A stretch of DNA of 64,000 nucleotides, from the IMG/VR virus record IMGVR_UViG_3300017971_000212; one strand, 5' to 3'. This DNA comes from an uncultured virus (IMG/VR IMGVR_UViG_3300017971_000212) (taxonomy: Duplodnaviria > Heunggongvirae > Uroviricota > Caudoviricetes). Shown here piece after piece: positions 18,039 through 27,861 of this stretch (positions are counted from its first letter, which is position 1; the number at the start of each line of letters is the position of its first letter). A program made the position numbers and the translations under genes. The notes beneath the pieces were generated by a model that searched no databases, was not told where the DNA came from, and was given only the letters and a program-made list of their open reading frames with translations.

Positions 18039-18494
18039 CTACTCTCCCTGGGCCGTCCTCGCTAGCTTGCGAACTCTCTGAAGGAACTCGTCTCCAAACC
18101 ACACCACCTCCAGGGTGTTGCCGTGGCCCCGATCGACGATCCAGATGCAGATCTGTTCCCACTCGTCGGCGTCTTCGGGATCGGTGTAGACGGTGACGAC
18201 GATTTTGCCGTGAGTTTCCAGGTCTCGTTTCCAGGCCCACAGCAAGTCGTTCGTGGGGAGATTGTCAGGCCCGACTACCTCGGTGTAGAAGTCACCCATG
18301 CCGAGTTCGACTCGCTCCAAGCCGAGCTTGCGGATCAACCCCGCGAGTGCTTCGCATCCCGCGTCGCGGATGTGTTCCCACCGACCCGTCCAGCGTTCGG
18401 CGTACAGGATCTCGTGGTTCCTGGGGCGCCTCACGGCGTGGCACGTCTCCTGAGCTGGGAGAGTCGCTCGTAGGTCGCTCTGGAGATGACCCAT
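18039..18494 (-). CDS. hypothetical protein
   Basis: ORF in a minus-strand run. Confidence 0.55.
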   Translation of the reverse strand: MGHLQSDLRATLPAQETCHAVRRPRNHEILYAERWTGRWEHIRDAGCEALAGLIRKLGLERVELGMGDFYTEVVGPDNLPTNDLLWAWKRDLETHGKIVVTVYTDPEDADEWEQICIWIVDRGHGNTLEVVWFGDEFLQRVRKLARTAQGE

Positions 18495-18546
18495 GACGGC
18501 ACCTGACCGTCTTCGTGGTCGTAAGCCATGACGATGACGCGCCTGG

Positions 18547-19302
18547 TCACAGCGGCTTCGTGATGTCGACCACGAGTTCGTCGTTCTCGATCTCGCAGGC
18601 GAACACGTCACCGTGGTTGAACTGCCCGGAGCCTGCCTTCGGGAACAGCACGCGGCCTCGGGTCTGGGACACGTCGTAGTCCACGGCGCCGGTCACCTGC
18701 TCGAGTGCCAGGACGGCCTTGTCGTAGTCGGGCTCGGGTCCCTCGAAGCGTACCCAGACCTTGTCACCCGCGCGGAACGGACGGCCGAGTGCGTGGAGCA
18801 GGCCCTCGAGCGCGGCTCGAGGGACGCAGAGGCGGTGGTCGGCGTGGACCGTCGCCTTCATGTCGGCCGGGGACGGCGGCTTCGCCGGGACCTGGGCGTT
18901 CGGCTGGATGGGGTGCTCCTGGGGCATCTGGGTCAGGCCCGCACCCGGCTTCGGGATGTCGAGTTCGAACGGGAAGTCCTCGGCCTCGTCCTGCTCCGCC
19001 GCGTAGGTGAAGACGGGCTGGCCCGCGGGCGTGCGCCCTAGCCCGACGCAGGTGCGCGTGACCTGGACCGCGGGCGTCCCGTTGTAGACGATCTGCCCGT
19101 TGTAGAAGAGGTCCTGGCACTTCTCGCCGATCCACTCCTGCTTGAACACGAACTCGGGCCGGTAGACCCGGAGGATGGTGGTGACGTGCCCGGACGTGAA
19201 CGGCTGTCCGAGCTGCGTAGTGGCCTCGATGAAGTCCTCGACGGCCTGTTGCCAGTCGGCCGATCTCTCGACGGCCGCCTTGAGCACCTGTTCGTTCTGC
19301 AT
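18547..19302 (-). CDS. hypothetical protein
   Basis: GAGGAG RBS; strong GC3 bias. Confidence 0.75.
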   Translation of the reverse strand: MQNEQVLKAAVERSADWQQAVEDFIEATTQLGQPFTSGHVTTILRVYRPEFVFKQEWIGEKCQDLFYNGQIVYNGTPAVQVTRTCVGLGRTPAGQPVFTYAAEQDEAEDFPFELDIPKPGAGLTQMPQEHPIQPNAQVPAKPPSPADMKATVHADHRLCVPRAALEGLLHALGRPFRAGDKVWVRFEGPEPDYDKAVLALEQVTGAVDYDVSQTRGRVLFPKAGSGQFNHGDVFACEIENDELVVDITKPL

Positions 19303-19420
19303 GGTTCGTTTTCTCCTCGTTGCCTTGGTCGCCTGACTCGGGCGGTGGGTTCTGCTCGTTGTAAGTCCAGGCTGCTTTACCTTGGATATGGGTTATACTT
19401 CACGATAGACGCGTCCTGAC

Positions 19421-20671
19421 TTGGATGAGGTCTTGGAGCGGCGTTTACCGAAGGATCGCCCCGGTTCTTTTGTCGGCCGTCGCTTCGGTAAACTTGTCGT
19501 GATTGCGGAGTTCGCGGGCAAGAAGTATGCGTTTGCTCCGCAGTGTCTGTGTCGGTGTGACTGCGGGAAAGAGCACTGGGTCGTTCGGGGCAACCTCGTG
19601 CGTACAAAGAGCTGTGGGTGTGGACGCCGTCCCAATCTCGTGGGACGTAGGTTTGGAAACCTCGTTGTCGGGCGCCCCATGCCGCGCAGAACAAAGTCGG
19701 GACGCAAGCAGACGGCCTACGCTTGTCGCTGTGACTGCGGAAAGGAGACGACCGTGTATCCCGGCGCGTTGCGGTCTGGAGAGACGGTCAGCTGTGGTTG
19801 CGTGCGAGAGATGCGATGGGCAGCTTCTCGGATTCCTACCGGGCGGCGGTTCGGTCGCCTTGAAGTGCTGGAACGTGTGCGCCGGGACGGACATCCCGGG
19901 TGGTTCTATCGATGTCGCTGTGACTGTGGAAAACAGACTATCGTCGACGGCGTCGCGCTGAAGAGAGGCGCCACGCGGAGCTGCGGGTGTCTTCGAGACG
20001 AGGTCGCTAGCCTTCCTGACGGAGAGGCCATGCGTAACGCGATCTTTTCGGGATACCGCAAGAACGCCCGAAAGAGGAACCTGCGGTTTGAGTTGGGCTT
20101 GGAGGAGGCTGGGTCTTTGTTTCAGGGGACCTGTCACTACTGTGGCAGCCCTCCTCAGATGCGTAGCCATGCAACGGTGCGTGGAGGATACGCGGCGAAC
20201 GGGATTGATCGTCCTGATAACTCCTCGGGTTACATTCCGGGAAACATGGTTTCGTGCTGCACGATCTGTAACTTGGCAAAGGGCACGAAATCCGTGGAAG
20301 GTTTCCTGCGATGGGTTCGTCGTGTCGCGTATTTCGCGGCGACGTCGCCCATTCTCGTGCACGGAAAGCGCGAGACAGCGAAAGACCGACGCAGATTGTC
20401 GAAATACAAGGAAGGCGCTCGTGGGCGACGACTTGCCTTTGAGCTGACAGACGACCTTGCGATCGTGCTCCTGCATTCGCCCTGCACGTACTGTGGTCGG
20501 ATGCCTGGTAACGGAATCGATAGGATCGATAACTCGAGAGGTTACGAGCCCGACAACGTTGTGCCATGCTGCGCGGTCTGCAATCGGGCGAAGATCTCGC
20601 TTTCCGTAGAGTGCTTCTTCGCTTGGGCTCGGCGTCTCGTAGCGCATCAGACGGAGATCTCCAACAGATAG
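19421..20671 (+). CDS. HNH-type homing endonuclease with three GRRFG.L.V...CRCDCG...SCGC repeats and tandem DRxDN nuclease modules
   Basis: Repeats are visible in the translation; C.YCG...NGIDR.DNS.GY...N.V.CC..CN.AK occurs twice; lower GC; antisense to its neighbours. Confidence 0.85.
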   Translation: MDEVLERRLPKDRPGSFVGRRFGKLVVIAEFAGKKYAFAPQCLCRCDCGKEHWVVRGNLVRTKSCGCGRRPNLVGRRFGNLVVGRPMPRRTKSGRKQTAYACRCDCGKETTVYPGALRSGETVSCGCVREMRWAASRIPTGRRFGRLEVLERVRRDGHPGWFYRCRCDCGKQTIVDGVALKRGATRSCGCLRDEVASLPDGEAMRNAIFSGYRKNARKRNLRFELGLEEAGSLFQGTCHYCGSPPQMRSHATVRGGYAANGIDRPDNSSGYIPGNMVSCCTICNLAKGTKSVEGFLRWVRRVAYFAATSPILVHGKRETAKDRRRLSKYKEGARGRRLAFELTDDLAIVLLHSPCTYCGRMPGNGIDRIDNSRGYEPDNVVPCCAVCNRAKISLSVECFFAWARRLVAHQTEISNR

Positions 20672-22290
20672 CGCAACCTGTGGCTCGGCCCCTTCGTGGT
20701 TCCGAAGACCACGTGCTCGTCGTTGACGAGGGAGGCACAGTGACGGTTCGTCGCGTAAATGCTGTCGAACCCCCTCGGGCAGCCATAGAGGCTCCACGCC
20801 TTCTTAGCCATGTAGGGTTTGCCGAGCACGACGTCTCCCATGAACATGAAGGCTCCCCGCCCTCGTATGGCTCCCGCGCCGGAAGAGTACAGTCCCGAAC
20901 CTATCGAGCAGTAGTTCGCGGCCTTGCGAAAGTCCGACGCCCAGTAGATTCCGTGCCCGAACGCCGCCCCCGTGATGTGGACGCCCTTCAAAGACTTGGG
21001 GAGACGCAGGTCGGTCTGCAGGATCGGAGCCACGTTCACCGAGCGCGTTCCGTGGAACAGGAGAGCCATGTTCGCTCGCTCGTAGAGATCTGCGATGTCC
21101 GAGACGTCGTGTCGCTCGTCCGGCTGCATGTCGGCCTGCTCGTGATTCCCTTTGCGGACCGACGCGACGTGCTTGGCCCCCGCGACGAAGAGGTCGTCCA
21201 CTCGAGAACGCCGAATGACGAACGCATTGAGGACGCGCACGTCTCCGATGTTTCTGTGTCGGTCCTTGGACATCCTCGTGAAGGTCTCGACCACCCACTT
21301 CCCGCGCCCGCTCTTCATGTCGAGCCACTCGATCTCCGCCTTCAGCGCGGCGTTCGGATCGATCTGCTGCTCCTCCTGGACCTCGACCTCCCAGTCCTCG
21401 TTCTTCAGCGCGGCCTCGAACGCGTCGAGGTCCTGCTGCACGAGGAGGATGTTGGTCGAGTTCAGGATGACGGCGGACGGGTCTCCGCCACGAGGGATGG
21501 GTCTCGGCACGATGGTCGCGACGTAGGTCGAGAGCTCCTGGAGCTTCTTGTCCCTGAGCTGGCGGTCGTGGTCGTCACCGATCCGTTTGATCATCGCGAG
21601 GGCCTGCGGGATGAGGTCGTCGCGGACCTCGGTGATCGCCTCCATGGTGGGGGTGACGCCCGACGCCCTGGAGGCCGCGCGGGCGTAGTCGGCGGTGCCT
21701 CCGACGAGCGACTTCGCGAGCGCGATGACCTGCGGCTGCGCGTCGATCTTCTTCTTGGAGGTCTTCTTCTTGGTGGCTTTCTTCTTGGCCTTCTTCTTCT
21801 CGACGCCGCTGTCGTCCTTGATCAGGCATGCGTCGGGGAGCCCGCGCTCGCGGGTCGCGAGGCGCTGGACGACGTATCCGTCCTTGCCGGACTTGCCGAC
21901 CCAGATCTCCTTGCCGCCGACCTTCTTCTGCTGGAGCCGCTTGATGTTCTTGCTGCGGCACTGCTTCTCGAAGAACGTGCGGGCGTCATCCTCTCCGCTG
22001 CACGTGACGAACTGGAAGTCTTGCCCTCGGAAGGAGCCGTCCCAGGTCTTGCCTCCGCCGCTGACTCGTCCCCACTCGAGGTAGACGTACCAGGCTCCGT
22101 CCTGGCGCACGACCCCGGCGTGGTAGTACTTGTTGTTGTTCGCGTCCCCGAACTGGTTGACGCAGACCATGTCCGCGATCCCCACCTCGGATCCGAAGTC
22201 GTCCTGGTCGACCGCGGGGCGACCCTGGTACTTGAAGTCGTCCGCCGAGCAGCCCGACGGCATCTCTTTCCTGCCGAGTTTGACAGCCAT
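20647..22290 (-). CDS. WGR-domain PARP-like ADP-ribosyltransferase
   Basis: YLEWGRV (WGR), Lys-rich linker, LLFHGT, GAAFGHGIYWA, KAANY, NDEHVVF (H-Y-E triad). Confidence 0.9.
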   Translation of the reverse strand: MAVKLGRKEMPSGCSADDFKYQGRPAVDQDDFGSEVGIADMVCVNQFGDANNNKYYHAGVVRQDGAWYVYLEWGRVSGGGKTWDGSFRGQDFQFVTCSGEDDARTFFEKQCRSKNIKRLQQKKVGGKEIWVGKSGKDGYVVQRLATRERGLPDACLIKDDSGVEKKKAKKKATKKKTSKKKIDAQPQVIALAKSLVGGTADYARAASRASGVTPTMEAITEVRDDLIPQALAMIKRIGDDHDRQLRDKKLQELSTYVATIVPRPIPRGGDPSAVILNSTNILLVQQDLDAFEAALKNEDWEVEVQEEQQIDPNAALKAEIEWLDMKSGRGKWVVETFTRMSKDRHRNIGDVRVLNAFVIRRSRVDDLFVAGAKHVASVRKGNHEQADMQPDERHDVSDIADLYERANMALLFHGTRSVNVAPILQTDLRLPKSLKGVHITGAAFGHGIYWASDFRKAANYCSIGSGLYSSGAGAIRGRGAFMFMGDVVLGKPYMAKKAWSLYGCPRGFDSIYATNRHCASLVNDEHVVFGTTKGPSHRLRYLLEISV

Positions 22291-22458
22291 GTTTTCCTCC
22301 GGGTCCTCTGTCCGGGTCTGTGACTTGGAGCTGACCGCTCACGGGTTATACTCCCTCGGGGCTCGGACCGAGGAGCCGTCGGCGTAGAACGAGAGAGGGT
22401 CCCCTCCTCCTCAGGAGGGGGTCGTTCGGACGCGCTGTTCGCGCGCAGGAGGATCACC

Positions 22459-23226
22459 ATGGCGGATCGCTGCCCAGAATGCTCGAACGTATTGCCCGAC
22501 CACGCGAGCTGGTGTTCACGTTTCCCTGACGGCGTGCCGCATCCCGACGGTTTCGGAGGGTCCGACGAGGAGTCGCATTACATGTCACAGAAGCGCATCA
22601 CGACCAAGGAAGAATTCGAGGCCGAGTACGGCGACTTCGATCCGTCTCGCGAGCCCACGTTACTTCGCGAGCGTCTGGACGGTTCTCTTGCCCGCGTGAT
22701 GTCGGAACGTCGAGGTCCGTCCAAGCTGGACGAGATGATCGAGGCCGAGCGGGCCGTAGTGGGTCCCACCCCGGAGCAGGAGGCCGCGATGAAACGCGAT
22801 GTGGAGCAACAGCTCGGGCCGAAACAGGTCCTCGTGGTGCGCACCGACCTCCAGATGCGCAAGGGCAAAATGGTCTCGCAGGGGGCTCACGCGAGCGGCA
22901 AGGTCTTCTTCGACACCATCCCCCGCGAGGCGCTTGAGGTCGGGTTCCCCGAAGGCTTCGAGCGCGTCAGGGTGACTCTCGAGCTGGACAGGTCGATGTT
23001 CATGTGGCTCGCCGGCATCTTCACGAAAATCTGTTGCCGCGTCGACTCCGAGGACGAGCTCCTCGAGATCTACGAGAAGGCCACGACGGCCGGGCTCCCG
23101 TGCGTCCTCATCGAGGACAGGGGCCTCACCGAGTTCGGCGGCGTCCCGACCAAGACGTGCTGCGCCATCGGGCCGGCACCGCCCGAGGAGGTCGACCCCA
23201 TCACCGGACACCTCAAATTGCTGTAG
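22459..23226 (+). CDS. pth2: peptidyl-tRNA hydrolase Pth2 with an N-terminal extension
   Basis: KQVLVVRTDL.M.KGK..SQGAHAS, KIC..V.SE.EL, D.GLTEF.G.PT.TCCAIGP, VD.ITG.LKLL. Confidence 0.92.
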   Translation: MADRCPECSNVLPDHASWCSRFPDGVPHPDGFGGSDEESHYMSQKRITTKEEFEAEYGDFDPSREPTLLRERLDGSLARVMSERRGPSKLDEMIEAERAVVGPTPEQEAAMKRDVEQQLGPKQVLVVRTDLQMRKGKMVSQGAHASGKVFFDTIPREALEVGFPEGFERVRVTLELDRSMFMWLAGIFTKICCRVDSEDELLEIYEKATTAGLPCVLIEDRGLTEFGGVPTKTCCAIGPAPPEEVDPITGHLKLL

Positions 23227-23236
23227 GAACGAAACC

Positions 23237-23578
23237 ATGTCCGACAAGCCAGCCGTCGTCGCCCAACAGGTGGTCCCCCTGGCCAGGGCCTTTCGTACTC
23301 CGGCGCCGTGCGAGCGTCCCCGATCGAGACCCGTGGCCGAGGGCCGGGTGGAACTCCAACCCTTCGGGAACCGAACCGAGAAGGTTGCCTGGGTCGTCTG
23401 GGCTCGGGTGTTCGAGCCCGACGCCGCGCACCTCAAGGACCCCACCGTGTGGACGCGTCTCGCGGAGATCAAGGTCGAGTTCTCCGGGCGCGGTTTCAAG
23501 AGGCGCCTCGCCGAGGCGAAGGAGAAGGCGGTGACCATCCTGCTCGCCCACGAGGGCGTGCCTCCCGAACAGTGGTAG
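23237..23578 (+). CDS. hypothetical protein
   Basis: AGGA RBS and ORF. Confidence 0.55.
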   Translation: MSDKPAVVAQQVVPLARAFRTPAPCERPRSRPVAEGRVELQPFGNRTEKVAWVVWARVFEPDAAHLKDPTVWTRLAEIKVEFSGRGFKRRLAEAKEKAVTILLAHEGVPPEQW

Positions 23579-23589
23579 TCGAATCTGGC

Positions 23590-23618
23590 TTGACGACGCC
23601 TCGCGAGGCGTGTAGAGT
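23590..23618 (+). promoter_or_regulatory. sigma70-like promoter with a perfect 16-bp palindrome in the spacer
   Basis: TTGACG-N17-TAGAGT; the spacer contains ACGCCTCGCGAGGCGT. Confidence 0.7.
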
Positions 23619-23637
23619 ACCTCTCGTCGTGGCACTC

Positions 23638-23775
23638 CTGCTCAATACAAACCCGCGCGGGCCCGCTCTCGTCGAACGAGAGCGCGAGGCTGAAGTTCGC
23701 CTGCGCGGGGATGACAACTGAGCAGTCCGAGGGCCCGAAGACCTCGACACCCCGCGCAGGAAGCCGAGAAGGCTC
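23638..23775 (+). ncRNA. candidate structured leader RNA upstream of tRNA-Glu
   Basis: Multiple stems, including mutually exclusive pairings of 23700-23710. Confidence 0.45.
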
Positions 23776-23779
23776 ATCT

Positions 23780-23856
23780 GCCGGAGTGGTCCAGTTGGTC
23801 AGGACATGGGACTTTCAATCCCAAGATCGCGGGTTCGAACCCCGTCTCCGGTGCCA
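23780..23856 (+). tRNA. tRNA-Glu(TTC)
   Basis: TGGGA-CTTTCAA-TCCCA; GCCA end. Confidence 0.92.
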
Positions 23857-23857
23857 C

Positions 23858-23935
23858 GCCCCGTTGGTCTAGCGGCCTAGGACGCCTGGTTCTCAGCCAG
23901 GAGATTCGTGGGTTCGAATCCCACACGGGGTACCA
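23858..23935 (+). tRNA. tRNA-Glu(CTC)
   Basis: CCTGG-TTCTCAG-CCAGG; ACCA end. Confidence 0.92.
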
Positions 23936-23940
23936 TACAT

Positions 23941-24013
23941 TCCGGGGTAGCTCAGTTGGTAGAGCGTTCGATTGTTAGTCGAGGGGTCGGGGGTTCGAGA
24001 CCCTCCCCCGGAG
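23941..24013 (+). tRNA. tRNA-Asn(GTT)
   Basis: TCCGGGG/CCCCGGA acceptor; TTGTTAG loop. Confidence 0.9.
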
Positions 24014-24033
24014 CCGCTTTCAAGGAGATTCCC

Positions 24034-24255
24034 ATGGTCATCCGATCCAGCAAACGAGGCACGAGAAACCCGAACGCCAAGCTCGATCTCGAGAAGGTCC
24101 GGTACATCTTGGGCTCTGGTGAAAGCAACGCTGTGCTCGCTCGCAGACTGAGTGTCTCCCCTGCTGCCGTGTCCAACGTGCGGACCGGCAGGACTTGGTC
24201 CTGGATCGACGCCGACTGGGACGACGACGGCCTCGAGTACGAGAACGCCGCCTGA
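24034..24255 (+). CDS. small HTH protein (like the C-terminal HTH of HNH endonucleases)
   Basis: GTRNPNAKL..EKVR.I...LARRLSVS..AVS.VRTGRTW. Confidence 0.7.
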   Translation: MVIRSSKRGTRNPNAKLDLEKVRYILGSGESNAVLARRLSVSPAAVSNVRTGRTWSWIDADWDDDGLEYENAA

Positions 24256-24547
24256 CGGCTTTCGTTCCACGCGTCCTCCTCGACAGAGAGGGCATGGACC
24301 TCGGAACCTTCATCGAGCGCCACCTCGACTGCCTGGAGGGCCTGCGCGACGCGCCTCCGTCGCTCGAGGCCCTCCCCGAGCCCGAGAGGGGCGCGGCCCT
24401 GACGTGGCTCGGTTCGCTCAAGGCTGCCCGCGGGATCAACCCGTATGCGGAACGACCGCCCACGGCCGAGCTCCTGGACCGTGTTTTCACGAAGAACGTG
24501 CCCGAGGGGTAGAATGGGTGGTCCCGGAAACGAGAGCGGGGAGCGCG

Positions 24548-25348
24548 ATGACCGAAGTTGAGGTTCGCAGGGCAGAGAACGAGAGGCTGGGCTCCTTGGT
24601 CGAAGGACTGACCTCCGCTGAGAGGGAGGCGCTCCTGCAGTGTCGGGGCGGCTGGACGGAGCACCCGAAGCGGCTGCTCATGGCCGCGATCACCCTGACG
24701 ACGAAGGGGTTTCTCGAGCCCCACCCTCGGCACGGTCGGCGTCTCACCGTCCTGGGTCACAGGGCCGTCGACTTGCTCCTTGGAGGGGACATGAACGAAG
24801 ACAGGACTGTATCGGAACGCGAGCACCTTCAGGAGATCGTGGGTTCCCCAGACTGGGACGGCTCGTGTCCGAAGTGCGGGAGCCCGAGCGTGTGGTACCA
24901 CGAGGGCCCGCGACGGGCCGTGTTCGGGGTGAGGGAGGGAGAGGTCTTCGCCAACGTCCACGCCGAGATCCATCCGTACCTCCAGTGTTGCGAGTGTAAC
25001 ATCCAGTGGCCCGTTCCGAAGGGGCTCACGGTTCGCGTGGCGGGAGTGGAAGAGTGGGCACCGACTGCCGAGCCGCCCACACTCCGAGTGGGTCGGTTGG
25101 CGTTACAGTGGCGGGAGTGGGAGGCAGAGCAGAAGGCCCGCGCCGAACGACTGGCGGGGATGTTGCGGGGTGTGCTGGAGACGCCGAGATACCTGTTGCT
25201 CGCTCGCGCCCTGGCAATCAACGTCGACGACGCACGAGCACTGTGCGACGAGTACGGCGTCCACCCGGAGCGGATTTCCGCCGACGAGCTTGGCATACCA
25301 GATGCCGCTATCACCACCTTTGAGCCCGAGGGAGGGCAGCGTGGCTGA
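24548..25348 (+). CDS. hypothetical protein (possible internal start at 24791)
   Basis: GGGAG RBS; CPKCG...CCEC. Confidence 0.6.
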   Translation: MTEVEVRRAENERLGSLVEGLTSAEREALLQCRGGWTEHPKRLLMAAITLTTKGFLEPHPRHGRRLTVLGHRAVDLLLGGDMNEDRTVSEREHLQEIVGSPDWDGSCPKCGSPSVWYHEGPRRAVFGVREGEVFANVHAEIHPYLQCCECNIQWPVPKGLTVRVAGVEEWAPTAEPPTLRVGRLALQWREWEAEQKARAERLAGMLRGVLETPRYLLLARALAINVDDARALCDEYGVHPERISADELGIPDAAITTFEPEGGQRG

Positions 25349-25800
25349 CAGGTGCCCACGTGCGGGATTCGCCAAGCTGGCGCACGATCACTGGCTCGTG
25401 AACGTCTTCACGGAGGACGGCGCGACGGGGGGCGAAGGCAGGACGAAGCGGGAGGCCCTGGCGTCCCTCGGACTCGATCCGACGGAAGTCGATTACCTGA
25501 TGCGGCCGGAGAACCACAGCATGGAGAACTTCGAGGCTCACTGAGGGGAAGTGGGATGAGTAAGGAACGACTGCGCGAATGCCGAGAGGCCCTGCAAAGG
25601 TTGGACACCCGTCCTCCGCTCGATCGGCTCGCCGTGAGCAACAACCTGGCCACGATCGTGGCGGTTCTACTCGACGTAGTGGACGATTTGTTGGACGACG
25701 AGCATGGCCAAGAGCACGTTTGCACAGCAGAGGATCCGTGCCTGGACTACGAAAACTGTCCACGGTGCAAAGACTTCCCGTCGGGGAGCGGAGGCTAGGG

Positions 25801-26856
25801 ATGACCGAAGTCGACGATCTCAAGGCGGAGAACGAGCGGCTCAAGCGCGAGTTCGAGCAACTGCAGGTTCGCCGCGAGTACGAGAGGGAGGGGCACGCGC
25901 TCTTGGTGGTCGACCACGAGCGTCTCAAGGCCCGTGCAGGCGAGTTCGCGGACTTCATCAACAAGGTCACGGTGACGCTCCCGCGCGACCACGCACTCGC
26001 GAACGAGGCGCGCGACCTACTTCGTGACGGGCTCTATGGAGGGAAGATCGGCTTGCCGAAGGGTTGGGAGTGGTGGAAAGGGATCCCCCCCGAGGCGGAG
26101 GACGAGGACAGGCGCGTGCTCTGTGCCGCGAGCAGGGAGGGCTACACCGTCGAGGTCTGGAACGACGGCGAAGACTACCTGTGTGCGGACGGCGCGTCCT
26201 TCAGGGCGGTGGAGGCGGTGATCGCTCGTCGCAGAACCGGGGCGGACGATGCCCGGCAGGCGCTTCGGCCGGATCGGAATGCCTCAGAGGAGCAGGAGGT
26301 GCCGACAGAGGTTTCCTTTGAGGAGGCTCTGGACCATCTCCTGCTCGAGTGCCAGGCCGTCGAGGAGCTCGAGTGGGACTCCGAGGGGCTCACCCAGTAC
26401 TGCGGCGAGCCGTTCGGGAAGAGCGAGTTCATCGAGGGATCGATGACCAAGATCTCCTTCGAGGTGGTCGAGGATCACTGCCGGAGGCTCCAGGCCCGGA
26501 TGGGCGACGGGGGCGAGCGGCTGGCCATCAACTGGCGGCTGGTCGCGGAGGGGCGCCCGACCGAGACCAAGGAGAACATGGCTCAAGCGACGAGAGGTGG
26601 GGGGCCCGGTAAGCTCAGCGCCGAACGAGACCCTCTCCTTGAGGCGCTGCAGGAAGCGCGGGCTAAGGTGGAGGACGGCAGGACCGTGCTCGGCATCGCT
26701 GACGCGGCCTGGCGCAAGGACAATCCGCCGAAGCCCGACCCTCCTGGGGGCCTCGGACTCACGCAGCAACGCCGCATGGCGTGGAAGGGCGGCTTCGTCT
26801 ACGGCTGGATCGCGTGTCTCGCCGAGCTCGGCGTCGAGATCAAGGAGGACGACTAG
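25801..26856 (+). CDS. hypothetical protein
   Basis: GGAGG RBS; coiled-coil N-terminus similar to that of 24548. Confidence 0.65.
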   Translation: MTEVDDLKAENERLKREFEQLQVRREYEREGHALLVVDHERLKARAGEFADFINKVTVTLPRDHALANEARDLLRDGLYGGKIGLPKGWEWWKGIPPEAEDEDRRVLCAASREGYTVEVWNDGEDYLCADGASFRAVEAVIARRRTGADDARQALRPDRNASEEQEVPTEVSFEEALDHLLLECQAVEELEWDSEGLTQYCGEPFGKSEFIEGSMTKISFEVVEDHCRRLQARMGDGGERLAINWRLVAEGRPTETKENMAQATRGGGPGKLSAERDPLLEALQEARAKVEDGRTVLGIADAAWRKDNPPKPDPPGGLGLTQQRRMAWKGGFVYGWIACLAELGVEIKEDD

Positions 26857-26858
26857 GG

Positions 26859-27101
26859 ATGACCTGCTACGAAGATGCAGTCGCCACGCACAAGCACGCC
26901 GCCAGGGAGGCGTGCCTGAACCTCACGGAGGCGCAGCTTGAGGGCGTGTGGGCCATCTGGGAACACCACAGCCGGAAGGCGAGCCGCGAGGAGCACGACT
27001 TCGCCGTGAGGAAGTACCTGACGCACGACTGCGGCGTCTCCGTGGAGGATGCCAAGAAGGTCGTCGCGGCCCTTCGCCAGTACGACCTGTGTCTTTTCTG
27101 A
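26859..27101 (+). CDS. hypothetical protein
   Basis: ORF in a co-oriented run. Confidence 0.55.
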   Translation: MTCYEDAVATHKHAAREACLNLTEAQLEGVWAIWEHHSRKASREEHDFAVRKYLTHDCGVSVEDAKKVVAALRQYDLCLF

Positions 27102-27135
27102 AGCAAAGTAAACCAGTCGACGGAGGAGAGAGTTC

Positions 27136-27861
27136 ATGACACGAAGCAAGTTTCGCGAGAGACTCCAGAGTCTCATCAACGAGGAGAGCATGGAGGGCGG
27201 CTCCGACACGCCGGACTTCGTCCTGGCGACGTACCTCGACGGCGTGCTGAGCGCCTTCGAGGATGCGGTGCGCGGGCGCGAGAAGTGGTACGGCCGCGAG
27301 CCCGAGGAGACCGCGCCTCCCGAGGACGACGTGCGGCCGAAGTTCCTTCCATGCCAGTGTGGCCACTACATCGACCGGATCGCCAAGAGGCCCGACAAGG
27401 ACGGGGAGACCTGGTGGTGGTGCGGAGCCTGCGGACGCATGGCCACGGTGCGGGAGGAGGACGACTTCATCTCGACGTGGTGGGAACCCAACCACGCGCT
27501 CGAGGGCGTCTCTCGCGAGGACGAGATCGAAGAGGAGAGGCAGCTGCTCAGGAAAGATGACCTGGAGGTGGCCGTGAAGCGTCTGATGGAGACGGACTGC
27601 ACGGACGACGCCTACGACCACCATGCTCGCCGCGTGTGGGGCCTGCTCGACTCGGGGGCGCGCGACACCCTCATAGGACTCGTGAGGAACGGTCCCGTCT
27701 GGGACGGCGACCTCCCCTGCAAGACGGGGAGGGACACGCTGATCCGGCTGGGGCTCGCCGCCAAGGCCGTGAAAGAGGGCAAGCAGGGATACCAGGTGGC
27801 GACCTACAAGGGCTGGGACGTCTGCAAGCACTGGGACGGCAACGAGGAGAATTCGGGATGA
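27136..27861 (+). CDS. hypothetical phage protein
   Basis: LIN..SMEGGSDTPDFVLA.YL N-terminal module; GP.WDGDLP.K.GRD.L C-terminal module. Confidence 0.7.
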   Translation: MTRSKFRERLQSLINEESMEGGSDTPDFVLATYLDGVLSAFEDAVRGREKWYGREPEETAPPEDDVRPKFLPCQCGHYIDRIAKRPDKDGETWWWCGACGRMATVREEDDFISTWWEPNHALEGVSREDEIEEERQLLRKDDLEVAVKRLMETDCTDDAYDHHARRVWGLLDSGARDTLIGLVRNGPVWDGDLPCKTGRDTLIRLGLAAKAVKEGKQGYQVATYKGWDVCKHWDGNEENSG

